A stretch of DNA of 54,565 nt from an uncultured Rhodospirillales bacterium (GTDB lineage: Bacteria > Pseudomonadota > Alphaproteobacteria > Acetobacterales > Acetobacteraceae), in assembly GCA_945957135.1 (NCBI GenBank), contig CAMFLK010000001.1, positions 1 to 54,565 on the forward strand, given 5' to 3'. Positions 33,973 through 42,169 of the stretch are shown in pieces. The first letter of the stretch is position 1. Each line of letters opens with the position of its first letter. The position numbers and the translations under genes were made by a program. The notes beneath the pieces were generated by a model. It did not search any database, was not told the DNA's origin, and saw only the letters and a list, made by a program, of their open reading frames with translations.

Positions 33973-35798
33973 GCGGCCCTCGCATCCGCCAGCACCATCT
34001 CCGCCGCCTTCTCCCCCACCATGTACACCGCCGCGGCGATGAAGAAGCCGGGGATGCGTGGGAACACCGAGGCATCCGCCACGCGCAGCCCGTCCACCCC
34101 GTGCACCCGCAGCTTGCTGTCCAGCACGCCGCCGCCCTCGCGCGGCCCGATCGGGCAGGTGCAGGAGGCGTGGTGGCCCCAGGCGTTGTCGCGCACGAAC
34201 CCCTCCAGCTCCGCGTCGGTCTGCACGGCCACGCCGGGGATTTCCTCCGCCGCGATCAGCCCGGCGCGGGTGAGATGAGCGGCCATGCGCCGCGCCAGGC
34301 GGATGCCCGCCACCACCGCCTTCACATCCTGGCCGCCGGGGTCCTCGCCCTCGTTGAAATAGCGGAAATCCACCGCCGGCATATCGCGCGGATCGGCCGT
34401 GGCCAGGCGCACCGTGCCGGCCCGGTTGGCGGTATGCCCCTTCAGCACGCACCAGCTGAGATAGTTCGGATTGTCGCGCACCAGCTGGGAATAGCCGGGG
34501 AAATACCCCTCGAACCGCCCGAGCAGCGCCATCAGGAACAGGTCGGGCCGCTTCTGACGCGCGGTGGAGCGCCGCGTCATCGCGAGCGCCGCGCCGTTGG
34601 AGGCATACATGCCCTCCTGCCCCGCCGCCCATTCGGCGAATTGCGGATCGCCCCGGGCGAAGCGCGCGCCCTTCAGCACGCCCCAGCTGTCGAAGGCCAT
34701 GCGATGGACCACGCTGACCTCGTAGCGGTCCTGGAGATTGGCGCCCACGCCGGGCAGATCGACCACCGTGGCGATGCCGTGCCCGGCCAGATGCGCGGCC
34801 GGGCCGATGCCCGAGAGCATGAGCAACTGCGGCGTGTTGAAGGCACCGCCCGCCAGGATCACCTCCCGCCGTGCCCTGACCAGCACGGGCTCGCCCGGGG
34901 CCGGCTGCGGCTGGGCATGCGCGCGGTACAGCTTCGCCCCGCGCAACGCCTCCACCCCCACCGCCCGCCCGCCCTCGATGACGATGCGGGTGGCGAGCAT
35001 GCTGGTCTCGACAACGAGCTGGTCCGGGTGCCGCGCCGCCACCTCCAGCACCCGCTCGCGCGTGCCCACCCTGCGATGGCCGCGCGTGGTCAGCGGCGTG
35101 TAGCACAGCCCCTCCGCGCCGCCCTGGAGGATGCGCGAATCGTTCGGGTCCGCCTTGCCGCGCAGCAGCCAGCCCAGCCGGTGCCACGGCCGCCGCGTCA
35201 GCTCGAACCCCGTCACCGCCGAACTCAGCAGCACCGCCATCAGCCGCCGGTCGCGCAGCACCGTCTCCGGCATCGCCTTCTCGGTGGTCAGCCAGCCGCC
35301 CCAGCCATGCCGCGTGGGGTCCAGCCCGAACCGCGCCAACCACCGCCAGACCGGCCGATGCCGGCAATCCTCCAGCGCGCGGAAATGCCGCCGCATCGCA
35401 CTCGCCCGCCACGACGCATCCCCGGTCAGCGCCGCGATCGCGTTCCAATCCGCCGGCGGCGGCTGCATGAAGATCATCGCGTTGTGCGCCGTGCAGCCGC
35501 CCAGCGCCGCCGCGCGCGGATACAGAATCCCCCCCGGCCGCAGCTTCGGGTCCCGCGCCGCCCGCGCCGCGTCCCCATAGTGCCGCACGAAGAAATCCCA
35601 GCGCATGTCCGGGTCTTCCGAGGCAAAGGGATGAAAGGCCGGCACGTCGTAGGTATCGGGCGCCGTGTCGCGCGGATCGCCGCCGGCCTCGATCAGCACC
35701 ACCTTCAACCCGGCTTCCGCCAGACGGGCGGCCACGGTGCCGCCCCCGGCACCGGAGCCGACTACGGCGATGTCGCAGTCGATGAAGGAAGGCGACAA
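33969..35798 (-). CDS. GMC-family FAD-dependent oxidoreductase (choline-dehydrogenase-like)
   Basis: N-terminal Rossmann motif DIAVVGSGAGGGTVAARLAE. C-terminal GMC region AWGHHASCTCPIGP. The only in-frame start after the upstream TAA is TTG 35798. Confidence 0.85.
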   Translation of the reverse strand: MSPSFIDCDIAVVGSGAGGGTVAARLAEAGLKVVLIEAGGDPRDTAPDTYDVPAFHPFASEDPDMRWDFFVRHYGDAARAARDPKLRPGGILYPRAAALGGCTAHNAMIFMQPPPADWNAIAALTGDASWRASAMRRHFRALEDCRHRPVWRWLARFGLDPTRHGWGGWLTTEKAMPETVLRDRRLMAVLLSSAVTGFELTRRPWHRLGWLLRGKADPNDSRILQGGAEGLCYTPLTTRGHRRVGTRERVLEVAARHPDQLVVETSMLATRIVIEGGRAVGVEALRGAKLYRAHAQPQPAPGEPVLVRARREVILAGGAFNTPQLLMLSGIGPAAHLAGHGIATVVDLPGVGANLQDRYEVSVVHRMAFDSWGVLKGARFARGDPQFAEWAAGQEGMYASNGAALAMTRRSTARQKRPDLFLMALLGRFEGYFPGYSQLVRDNPNYLSWCVLKGHTANRAGTVRLATADPRDMPAVDFRYFNEGEDPGGQDVKAVVAGIRLARRMAAHLTRAGLIAAEEIPGVAVQTDAELEGFVRDNAWGHHASCTCPIGPREGGGVLDSKLRVHGVDGLRVADASVFPRIPGFFIAAAVYMVGEKAAEMVLADARAA

Positions 35799-35954
35799 GG
35801 AAGGTTAAGCGTCTTCTTTTTTTGAAAAAAAAGAAGCAAAAAAACTTTTATGATTTAAGGGAATTCCCGAGGCAGCATCTCGAGTATTCCTTAAACAATA
35901 AAAAGTTTTTTGGTTCTTTTTTTCAAAAAAGAACAACACTTCCTTTCTTCCTTC
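35784..35954 (+). repeat. AT-rich nested-palindrome element, copy 2
   Basis: The right module (AAAAAGTTTTTTGGTTCTTTTTTTCAAAAAAGAACAA.ACTT.CTTTCTT) is identical to copy 1 except at 2 positions. The left module is identical apart from +/-1 homopolymer length. The central ~50 nt differ but are themselves a hairpin (TTAAGGGAAT..ATTCCTTAA). Confidence 0.9.
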
Positions 35955-38424
35955 AGAACGTCTTCACGAACTCGATCAGTGCCCGCTTGTCGTCGTCGTT
36001 CAGGCCGGGTTCGTTCGTCTGCATGCTCGTGCCGAAATAGTGGCCGCGGTTGACCACGAAGTCGGGGCATTTGCTGAGGGAGAGCAGGCGGTCGGCGAGG
36101 TTGGCGAAGACTTTCTTGGCGTCGTCGTCGCTGGCGGTGGTGGGCAGGGAGTCCAGGTCCCCTTTGGCTTTCACCAGCAGGTCCACGATTTTCGCGGTAT
36201 GGGCGACGCGTTCGGCGGGGTCGGCGCTTTCGGAGAGCAGCATGGTGTTGGACAGCAGGCCGACCGGGACGCCTTCGGGGATGGGGCCGAGCTGCACGCC
36301 GCCCCCCTCGGGGAACACCCAGGGCAGCCAGCGGTGCAGCGTGCCGGTGAGCGGGGCGAGCATGTCCGGCAGGTAGCCGGCGGAGATGGTGATGAAGCTG
36401 CGGGTGGTGGTGCGGTCGATCTTGCCGGGGATCTTGTCGCCGAGGACGGGGTCCTTGTCGCGTTTTTCCGGCCACAGCATCTGTTCGATGCCGGATTGGA
36501 AGGCGTCCATGCGCCCGGCCACGCTGGGGTCGTTGGTGAATTTGCCGACGGTGTTGTTCAGCAAATAGGGCGCGGTGGACCACAGCGAGATCAGCGAGGG
36601 CGGGCGGGTGTAGCCGCGGCCGCCGGCGGGCATGTTGTAGGCGCTGGGGGCGCCGGTGAACGGATTGTACACCGTGACCGAGCCGACCGAGGGCAGGTTC
36701 TTGTAGGATTGCGAGGAGAAGTTGTCCCAGATGTTGCCGGCCAGCGCGTTGGTGGCCAGCGGCGAGCAGGCGTTGGTCTGCAGCAGGGTGACGGGCACGC
36801 GCACGTCGGTGGACAGGTAGTTGTTGTCGAGGAAGTCCGGCGCCTGGACGATGGCGCGCATCTGCGCCTTGTATTGGTCGGTCTTGGTGGCGGCCCAGTA
36901 GCGGTCCCAGCATTGCAGGTAGTTGGGGCCGGCGCAGCCGTCGGGGTCGAGCCCGGCGACGACGGGGGGTTGCTTGCTGGAATGGCAGCGGGCGCAGTTC
37001 TCGGCGAACACGTCCTTGCCGCGGGCGAGGATGGCGGGGTCGGTGGTCATGTAGCGTGCGCCGCCCGGCGCGTCCTTCAGATGGTCGGGCTGGCCGGCTT
37101 TCAGCAGGAACAGCGCCATGTCCGGCGTCTGCAATTCCGTGGCGTTCCAGTAGGCGGAGTTCTTCTGCGCGCTGGCGATGGGAATGGGCGAGATGGGCTT
37201 GCCGCCGACCAGCGCGTTGAAGTGCAGCAGCCATTCCTCGCTGAACAGGCCGATGTTCAGGTACACGCGGTTGAGCGCGCCGAGGGCGCCGACGGAATCC
37301 GAGCCGTCCTTCAGCACATGCGGGGTGAAGACGGTGTTGGGCTTGTCGAAGAACTTGGTGAGCGGGCCGTCCTTGACGAAATCGTTGAACTGCCGGTTGT
37401 CGAGCTCGCCGCCGGCGATGGTTTCCTTGCCCCAGCGCTGGGCGATGCCGAGCCGCGCGCCCAGGCTGTAGAAGGCGTTCATGGTGCGCGGGTTGTTGAT
37501 GTTGTCGGTGGAGACCAGCGAGGTGTCGAGCGAGCCGGGGCGCGAGGTGTGCACCAGCTGGTACATGAAGTTCTTGGGGTCGTTGTTCCAGATGAAGATG
37601 CGGTCGATCCAGAAATACTGGGCGCCGACCGTGGTGTTCATGTTCTCCCAGGTGGGGTTCTCGGGGTCGGCGGGCGGCTTCAGCGGGTTGGGGCCGATAT
37701 GGCAGAAGCCGCAGGACATGCCGACGCGGTAGGGGCGCACCAGGTCCTTGTCGAGATAGTAGCTGGGGTCTTCATAGTAGCGCTTGGGGTCCCATTTCTT
37801 CGCCGCCGCCTCGTCGAAATCCGGGTTGGGGAACAGGCGCAGGCCCACCACGCCGGTGGACAGGCCGTAATAGGAGCCGACGGGAATGTTCTTGCCGCGG
37901 GCGCCGATCGCAACACCGGGGTATTTGGTGTCGTTCTCGAACGGGTCGGGCGCGCAGCCGGGCTTGCGCGTGTCCAGCCACAGCCCGTAGCGGTCGGCGA
38001 CCGGGCCGGTGGCTTTCTGGAAGCAGGGCTCGTTCATCAGGCCGAGCCAGGCGAAGCGGTTGTCCCGCCCGTAGCGCAGCGAGGGGTGGGAGGAGACGGT
38101 CTTCAGCAGGTCGAACGCGCCGAAGGTGGTATGGGTCATCTGGTCCCAGAACCGGTCGTTGCCGCCGGTCCAGACGTTCCACATGTTGCGGCCCTTCACC
38201 TCGTCCGCGGACATGGCGATGCCGTTGTCCATGTCGTGGAAGAAGTCTTCGTCGGCCGGCGGGAAGCTGGCGCCGGTGCGGCCGGCGAGCTTGGCCTCGT
38301 CCAGCACCGCGCCGGGGCGGGGCTCGTCGCCGCTGCACCCGAGCATGACGACGACCACGCCCAACGCCACGGACCCGGCCAGATTCCTGCCGATCCACGA
38401 TGCCCATCCGGCCATGCGCGCCAT
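35953..38424 (-). CDS. Large di-haem c-type cytochrome lipoprotein, family not recognised (possibly CCP/MauG/RoxA-like)
   Basis: Lipobox VVVVMLGC (Cys30). Two CxxCH motifs: CGFCH (residues 238-242, nt 37699-37713) and CARCH (residues 477-481, nt 36982-36996). 823 aa. The gene is lower in GC than its neighbours. Confidence 0.75.
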   Translation of the reverse strand: MARMAGWASWIGRNLAGSVALGVVVVMLGCSGDEPRPGAVLDEAKLAGRTGASFPPADEDFFHDMDNGIAMSADEVKGRNMWNVWTGGNDRFWDQMTHTTFGAFDLLKTVSSHPSLRYGRDNRFAWLGLMNEPCFQKATGPVADRYGLWLDTRKPGCAPDPFENDTKYPGVAIGARGKNIPVGSYYGLSTGVVGLRLFPNPDFDEAAAKKWDPKRYYEDPSYYLDKDLVRPYRVGMSCGFCHIGPNPLKPPADPENPTWENMNTTVGAQYFWIDRIFIWNNDPKNFMYQLVHTSRPGSLDTSLVSTDNINNPRTMNAFYSLGARLGIAQRWGKETIAGGELDNRQFNDFVKDGPLTKFFDKPNTVFTPHVLKDGSDSVGALGALNRVYLNIGLFSEEWLLHFNALVGGKPISPIPIASAQKNSAYWNATELQTPDMALFLLKAGQPDHLKDAPGGARYMTTDPAILARGKDVFAENCARCHSSKQPPVVAGLDPDGCAGPNYLQCWDRYWAATKTDQYKAQMRAIVQAPDFLDNNYLSTDVRVPVTLLQTNACSPLATNALAGNIWDNFSSQSYKNLPSVGSVTVYNPFTGAPSAYNMPAGGRGYTRPPSLISLWSTAPYLLNNTVGKFTNDPSVAGRMDAFQSGIEQMLWPEKRDKDPVLGDKIPGKIDRTTTRSFITISAGYLPDMLAPLTGTLHRWLPWVFPEGGGVQLGPIPEGVPVGLLSNTMLLSESADPAERVAHTAKIVDLLVKAKGDLDSLPTTASDDDAKKVFANLADRLLSLSKCPDFVVNRGHYFGTSMQTNEPGLNDDDKRALIEFVKTF

Positions 38425-38502
38425 CCCCCGAGGCTTCGCAGCCGAGGCTAGAGGCGCGGTCCGCTCCGCGTCAAAAAAATTGCCGTGTACGGGGATGGCC
38501 GG

Positions 38503-38781
38503 CCTTCGTTCAGGGTGGCGCCGTGCTCGATGTCGTCAAGGCACGCTTCGCTCAAGGGCCTTGACGACATCTGCGCGCGTCGCCCTTTCGGGGGAAGGCC
38601 GGGGCAGGGAAACGGCCCCTTTCAGCCGAACAGAGAAACGGGGAAGAAAAGGCTCACTTCTCCTCATTCTTCGCATGTCGGCACTGGCTTCGTTGCGTCT
38701 GGCGCTGTCAAGGCTCTTGAGCGAAGCGCGCCTTGACAGCGCCAGATGCAACGCAAGCACAATCACCCAGGCGAAGGAGCC
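38503..38781 (+). repeat. GC-rich composite hairpin element, full-length copy B
   Basis: Two inverted 31-nt modules GTCAAGGC.CGCTTCGCTCAAG.GCCTTGAC. A 23-bp-stem hairpin spans 38691-38753. About 80% identical by eye to the reverse complement of 49185-49460. Confidence 0.85.
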
Positions 38782-40904
38782 GACCCAGAAACAAGATTGG
38801 CGAGCAGGCGGAAGGCGCCGGGCACCAGGGCCGGGTATTGGCGGTGCAGGGCGAGGGCGACATGGGTGTGGGCGCCGGCGCCGATGGCGGCGTGCAGCAG
38901 GGCGCCGGACAGGCGGGGCTGGCCGGTATCGGCGAGGGCGAGCAGGGGCGTGTAGGCGGGCGACCAGTCGCGGGCGAAATACAGGCCGCGCTCGCGCACC
39001 CAGCCCTGCCAGTCCGCCGCGGTGATGCGGTTGGGACGGTTGAGCAGCGGGTGGTCGGGTGCCAGCACCTCCACCGGCGCGTCCGGCTCGCTCACCCGCC
39101 AGCGCAGCGAGGGCGTGCCGATGGCCAGCCCCGCCGGCCAGGTGTTGTCCCACCCATCCTGCGGCCGGTGATAGAGGGTGACGAGGTGGCCGCCGGCGCG
39201 CATCCATTCCATCAGGCGCGGGCGCTGGGCGGCGAGGGCCGGGCGGCGGGCGAAGCCGGCGATGCCGACCAGCAGGCAGGTGAAGCGGGCAAGCGGGGCG
39301 GCGAGGGCGTCGTCGTCCAGCCGTTCGGCGGCGATGCCGAGCTGGGTGAGCCAGTCGGCCGTGGCGTCGTCGGGCGCGGCGACGACGCCGACGCGGGCCT
39401 GCGCGTCGTTGGCGAGGTCGAGGCCGAGCAGGGCGACCGGGGCGGGCACGATGCGCGCGACGCGGCCGGTATGGGGGTGGGCGAAGATGCGCGCGCTGTC
39501 ACCGCGCGAGGGCAGGTCCGCCCGGCCGGCGGGGGGCGGCAGGGTGGTCTCGCCGGCCTCGGTGCGCAGGCGGATCGGCGCGGGGTCGCCGATGCGGTGG
39601 ACGATCTGCGCGGGGGTGGCGAAGGCGGGGCGGGCGGGGGCGAGCAGGACGGGCGCGGGGTCGATCTCGCGCACCGCGCCGTCGCGGGAGAGCGTGACGC
39701 CGAGCGGCTCGTTGCCGCCCAGCGGGTCGAAGCCCGGGCGGGCGGTGCCGAAGGGCGGGGCGTCGGCGGGAATGTCCACCGCGAAGCCGCCCGGCTCCGG
39801 CCGGATCGTCCAGCCCGCCGGCGCGCGGGGGGTGACGGTGGCGCCGGCGGGGGCGGTGACGCGCAGATGCGCGGTGGTGCCGGGCAGCAGCGGGTCGGGC
39901 GAGACCGTGACAATCCCCTCGATGCCCTCGGCGACGGCCAGCGCGTGGGCGACTTGGCGGCAGTTGCGCTCGTCCGGCCGGGCGGCGCGCAGGGCGGCGG
40001 CGACCCTGGGGATGTCGGGCCAGGCGGCGAGCGCCTCGGCGATGGCGGGGTCGGCGCACGGCGGCAGATTGTCGGTGGGCGCTGCGTGGTCCGGCGGGCC
40101 GAACAGCTGGTGCAGCGCCAGCGGGCGCGGGCCCGCTGGCAGGTCGCGCCCCATACCCTGGCTGGCGTGGAAGCGGCGGGACTGCTCGCCGAGCTGCGCC
40201 CAGCTCAGGCCGAGCTCGGGGACGAATTCGCCGAGATCGACCGTGACCGTGGCGGGCGGCGGCGGCTCCTCGTCGTCGTAGGAGCCGCCGGCGCCGGAGA
40301 AGGCGGGCAGGTACGCCTTGGCGACGCGCCACGGCGGCAGCGCGTCCGGGAAGGCGGGGTCGGCGGCGAGGTCCACGGCGCGCAGCAGCGTGCGGGTGAT
40401 GGCGCGGTGATGGCCGTGCTGGCCGGGCACGTCGAGGAAGGTGGGGCTGACCACGTCCGGGCGTTCGGCGCGGATGGCGTGCACCAGCGCGCCGGTCAGC
40501 CGCGCCGCGCCCCAGCGCGCCAGCGTGTCCTCGGCCGAGCGGGCGAAGCCGAAATCGAACAGCGGATCGGTCTCGTCCGTGTTCAGCCAGCGCACGCCCA
40601 TGCCGATCGTGGCCGCCGCCAGCTCCATCTCGCACGCGCGCAGCGCGCCGAGATCGGCGCCCTGCTCCACCCCCACCGCGTTCTGCCCGCCCTCGCCGCG
40701 CAGCGCGCAGGCATAGACGGTGCGCACGCCCTGGCCGAGGCCGAGCCAGGCCATGAAGCCGTTCCACTCGTCATCGGGGTGCGCGCCGACGGCCATCCAG
40801 CACGCGGCCGAGCGCAGCGGGCGCAGCGCGCACCACAATTTGACTTCGCGCGTGGCTTCCGGGAGTTTCGCCCAGGGAACGGCATCGGCGGGAGAGAGTG
40901 TCAT
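38763..40904 (-). CDS. PIG-L/LmbE-family deacetylase fused to a ThuA-like (class I glutamine-amidotransferase-like) C-terminal domain
   Basis: Motifs MAVGAHPDDEWNG and GQHGHHRA (PIG-L metal site). The C-terminal ~230 aa resemble ThuA-like domains. The start is uncertain (ATG 40904 or TTG 40838). The last 6 codons and the stop lie in repeat copy B. Confidence 0.75.
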   Translation of the reverse strand: MTLSPADAVPWAKLPEATREVKLWCALRPLRSAACWMAVGAHPDDEWNGFMAWLGLGQGVRTVYACALRGEGGQNAVGVEQGADLGALRACEMELAAATIGMGVRWLNTDETDPLFDFGFARSAEDTLARWGAARLTGALVHAIRAERPDVVSPTFLDVPGQHGHHRAITRTLLRAVDLAADPAFPDALPPWRVAKAYLPAFSGAGGSYDDEEPPPPATVTVDLGEFVPELGLSWAQLGEQSRRFHASQGMGRDLPAGPRPLALHQLFGPPDHAAPTDNLPPCADPAIAEALAAWPDIPRVAAALRAARPDERNCRQVAHALAVAEGIEGIVTVSPDPLLPGTTAHLRVTAPAGATVTPRAPAGWTIRPEPGGFAVDIPADAPPFGTARPGFDPLGGNEPLGVTLSRDGAVREIDPAPVLLAPARPAFATPAQIVHRIGDPAPIRLRTEAGETTLPPPAGRADLPSRGDSARIFAHPHTGRVARIVPAPVALLGLDLANDAQARVGVVAAPDDATADWLTQLGIAAERLDDDALAAPLARFTCLLVGIAGFARRPALAAQRPRLMEWMRAGGHLVTLYHRPQDGWDNTWPAGLAIGTPSLRWRVSEPDAPVEVLAPDHPLLNRPNRITAADWQGWVRERGLYFARDWSPAYTPLLALADTGQPRLSGALLHAAIGAGAHTHVALALHRQYPALVPGAFRLLANLVSGSAPSPG

Positions 40905-42165
40905 GTTGGGTCGGCGGAACCTGTTGGGGGTGGCGGTTGGAACGGCGGCGGGCACGATTCTGGCCACGGCGCCGGCCCGGGCGCAACCGGTGGAAATCGA
41001 ATACTGGCAATACACGTTCAAGGAACGTGTGGAGGCCATGGACGAGCTGATCAAGCGTTTCCAGGCCGCCAATCCCGACATCACCGTCCGCCACGTCACC
41101 GTGCCCTACGACAACTACCGCACCCGCATCGCCGCCGCCGTGCCGGCGGGCGAGGGGCCGGACGTGGTGCAGCTCTATTACGGCTGGCTCGACGCGTTCA
41201 TGCAGGCCAAGCTGCTGCAGCCGCTGCCCAAGACGGTGTTCGACCCCGCGACGATCGACCGCGAGTTCTTCCCCATCGTGGGCAACATGAAGATCGACGG
41301 CGCCTATTACGCGCTGCCCACCGCGGTGCGCGCGCTGGCGCTGTTCTGGAACAAGAAGCTCTTCAAGGAGGCGGGGCTCGACCCGCAAAAGCCGCCGGCC
41401 ACGCTCGAGGAACTGATCACCGTCGCCAAGGCGACCACCAAGCGCGACGGCTCCGGCAACATGGTCAGCGAGGGCATCGCGCTGGATGTCGCCGGCCAGG
41501 ACCTGCACTGGATCCGCGAGGGGCTGATCCGGCAGTTCGGCGGCGCGCCGTTCTCGCCGGACGGGCGCAAGGTGACCTACACCACGCCCGAGGCCGTCGC
41601 CGGCGTGACCTGGTACACCAACCTCGTCACCCAGGAGAAGGTGAGCGAGATGGGGTTCATGACCGACCAGGTGACGGCCTTCAAGGCCGGCCGCGCGGCG
41701 CTGACGGTGGATGGCTCCTTCCGCCTCGGCGCGTTCGACACGCAGCGCGGGCTGGACTACGCGGTGACGGAATTGCCAGCGTACAACGGCAAGCGATCCA
41801 ACTTCGCCTCCTACTGGGTGAACGGCATCACCAGCAAGGCGAAGGGGCCGAAATTCGACGCGGCGGTGAAGTTCCTGCAATTCGTCACCACCGAGGAGGC
41901 GATGAAGCTGTGGATGGAGAAGGTGGGCGAACTGCCCGCGCGCGTGGCGCTGGCCCACACGGACGCGGTGAAGAACCATCCGAAATACGGCCCCTTCGTG
42001 CGCGGGCTCGATTACGCGGTGGCGACGGATTTCGTCGATGAATCCGCGCAGCGCAAGATCATGATGGACATGGTCGATCGCGTGGTGATCCAGAAGATGC
42101 CCGTCGCGCAATCGCTCGCGATCGCCGCCACGGAGGAGCAGAAAATCCTGGACACGCGGAAATAG
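40903..42165 (+). CDS. Carbohydrate ABC transporter substrate-binding protein (family 1)
   Basis: GGGAGAGAG Shine-Dalgarno 5 nt upstream of the ATG. Tat-like signal MLGRRNLLGVAVGTAAGTILATAPARAQP. Followed by two CUT1-type permeases. Confidence 0.85.
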   Translation: MLGRRNLLGVAVGTAAGTILATAPARAQPVEIEYWQYTFKERVEAMDELIKRFQAANPDITVRHVTVPYDNYRTRIAAAVPAGEGPDVVQLYYGWLDAFMQAKLLQPLPKTVFDPATIDREFFPIVGNMKIDGAYYALPTAVRALALFWNKKLFKEAGLDPQKPPATLEELITVAKATTKRDGSGNMVSEGIALDVAGQDLHWIREGLIRQFGGAPFSPDGRKVTYTTPEAVAGVTWYTNLVTQEKVSEMGFMTDQVTAFKAGRAALTVDGSFRLGAFDTQRGLDYAVTELPAYNGKRSNFASYWVNGITSKAKGPKFDAAVKFLQFVTTEEAMKLWMEKVGELPARVALAHTDAVKNHPKYGPFVRGLDYAVATDFVDESAQRKIMMDMVDRVVIQKMPVAQSLAIAATEEQKILDTRK

Positions 42166-42169
42166 CGGC

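Noticed and set aside
38485-38736. Short ORFs inside the GC-rich repeat copies (for example ..ASLKGLDDICARRPFGGRPGQGNGPFQPN.., with a similar peptide from 49091-49507 on the minus strand)
   Set aside because: Similarity between the translations holds only for part of the element and then shifts frame. Start codons are not conserved. Copy A lacks the region entirely. Compensatory stem changes point to structure, not coding.
38520-38760. Possible CRISPR-like array, because a ~31-nt palindromic module recurs
   Set aside because: There are only two modules per locus and they are in inverted orientation. The spacing is about 150 nt rather than regular 30-40 nt spacers. No cas genes are present.
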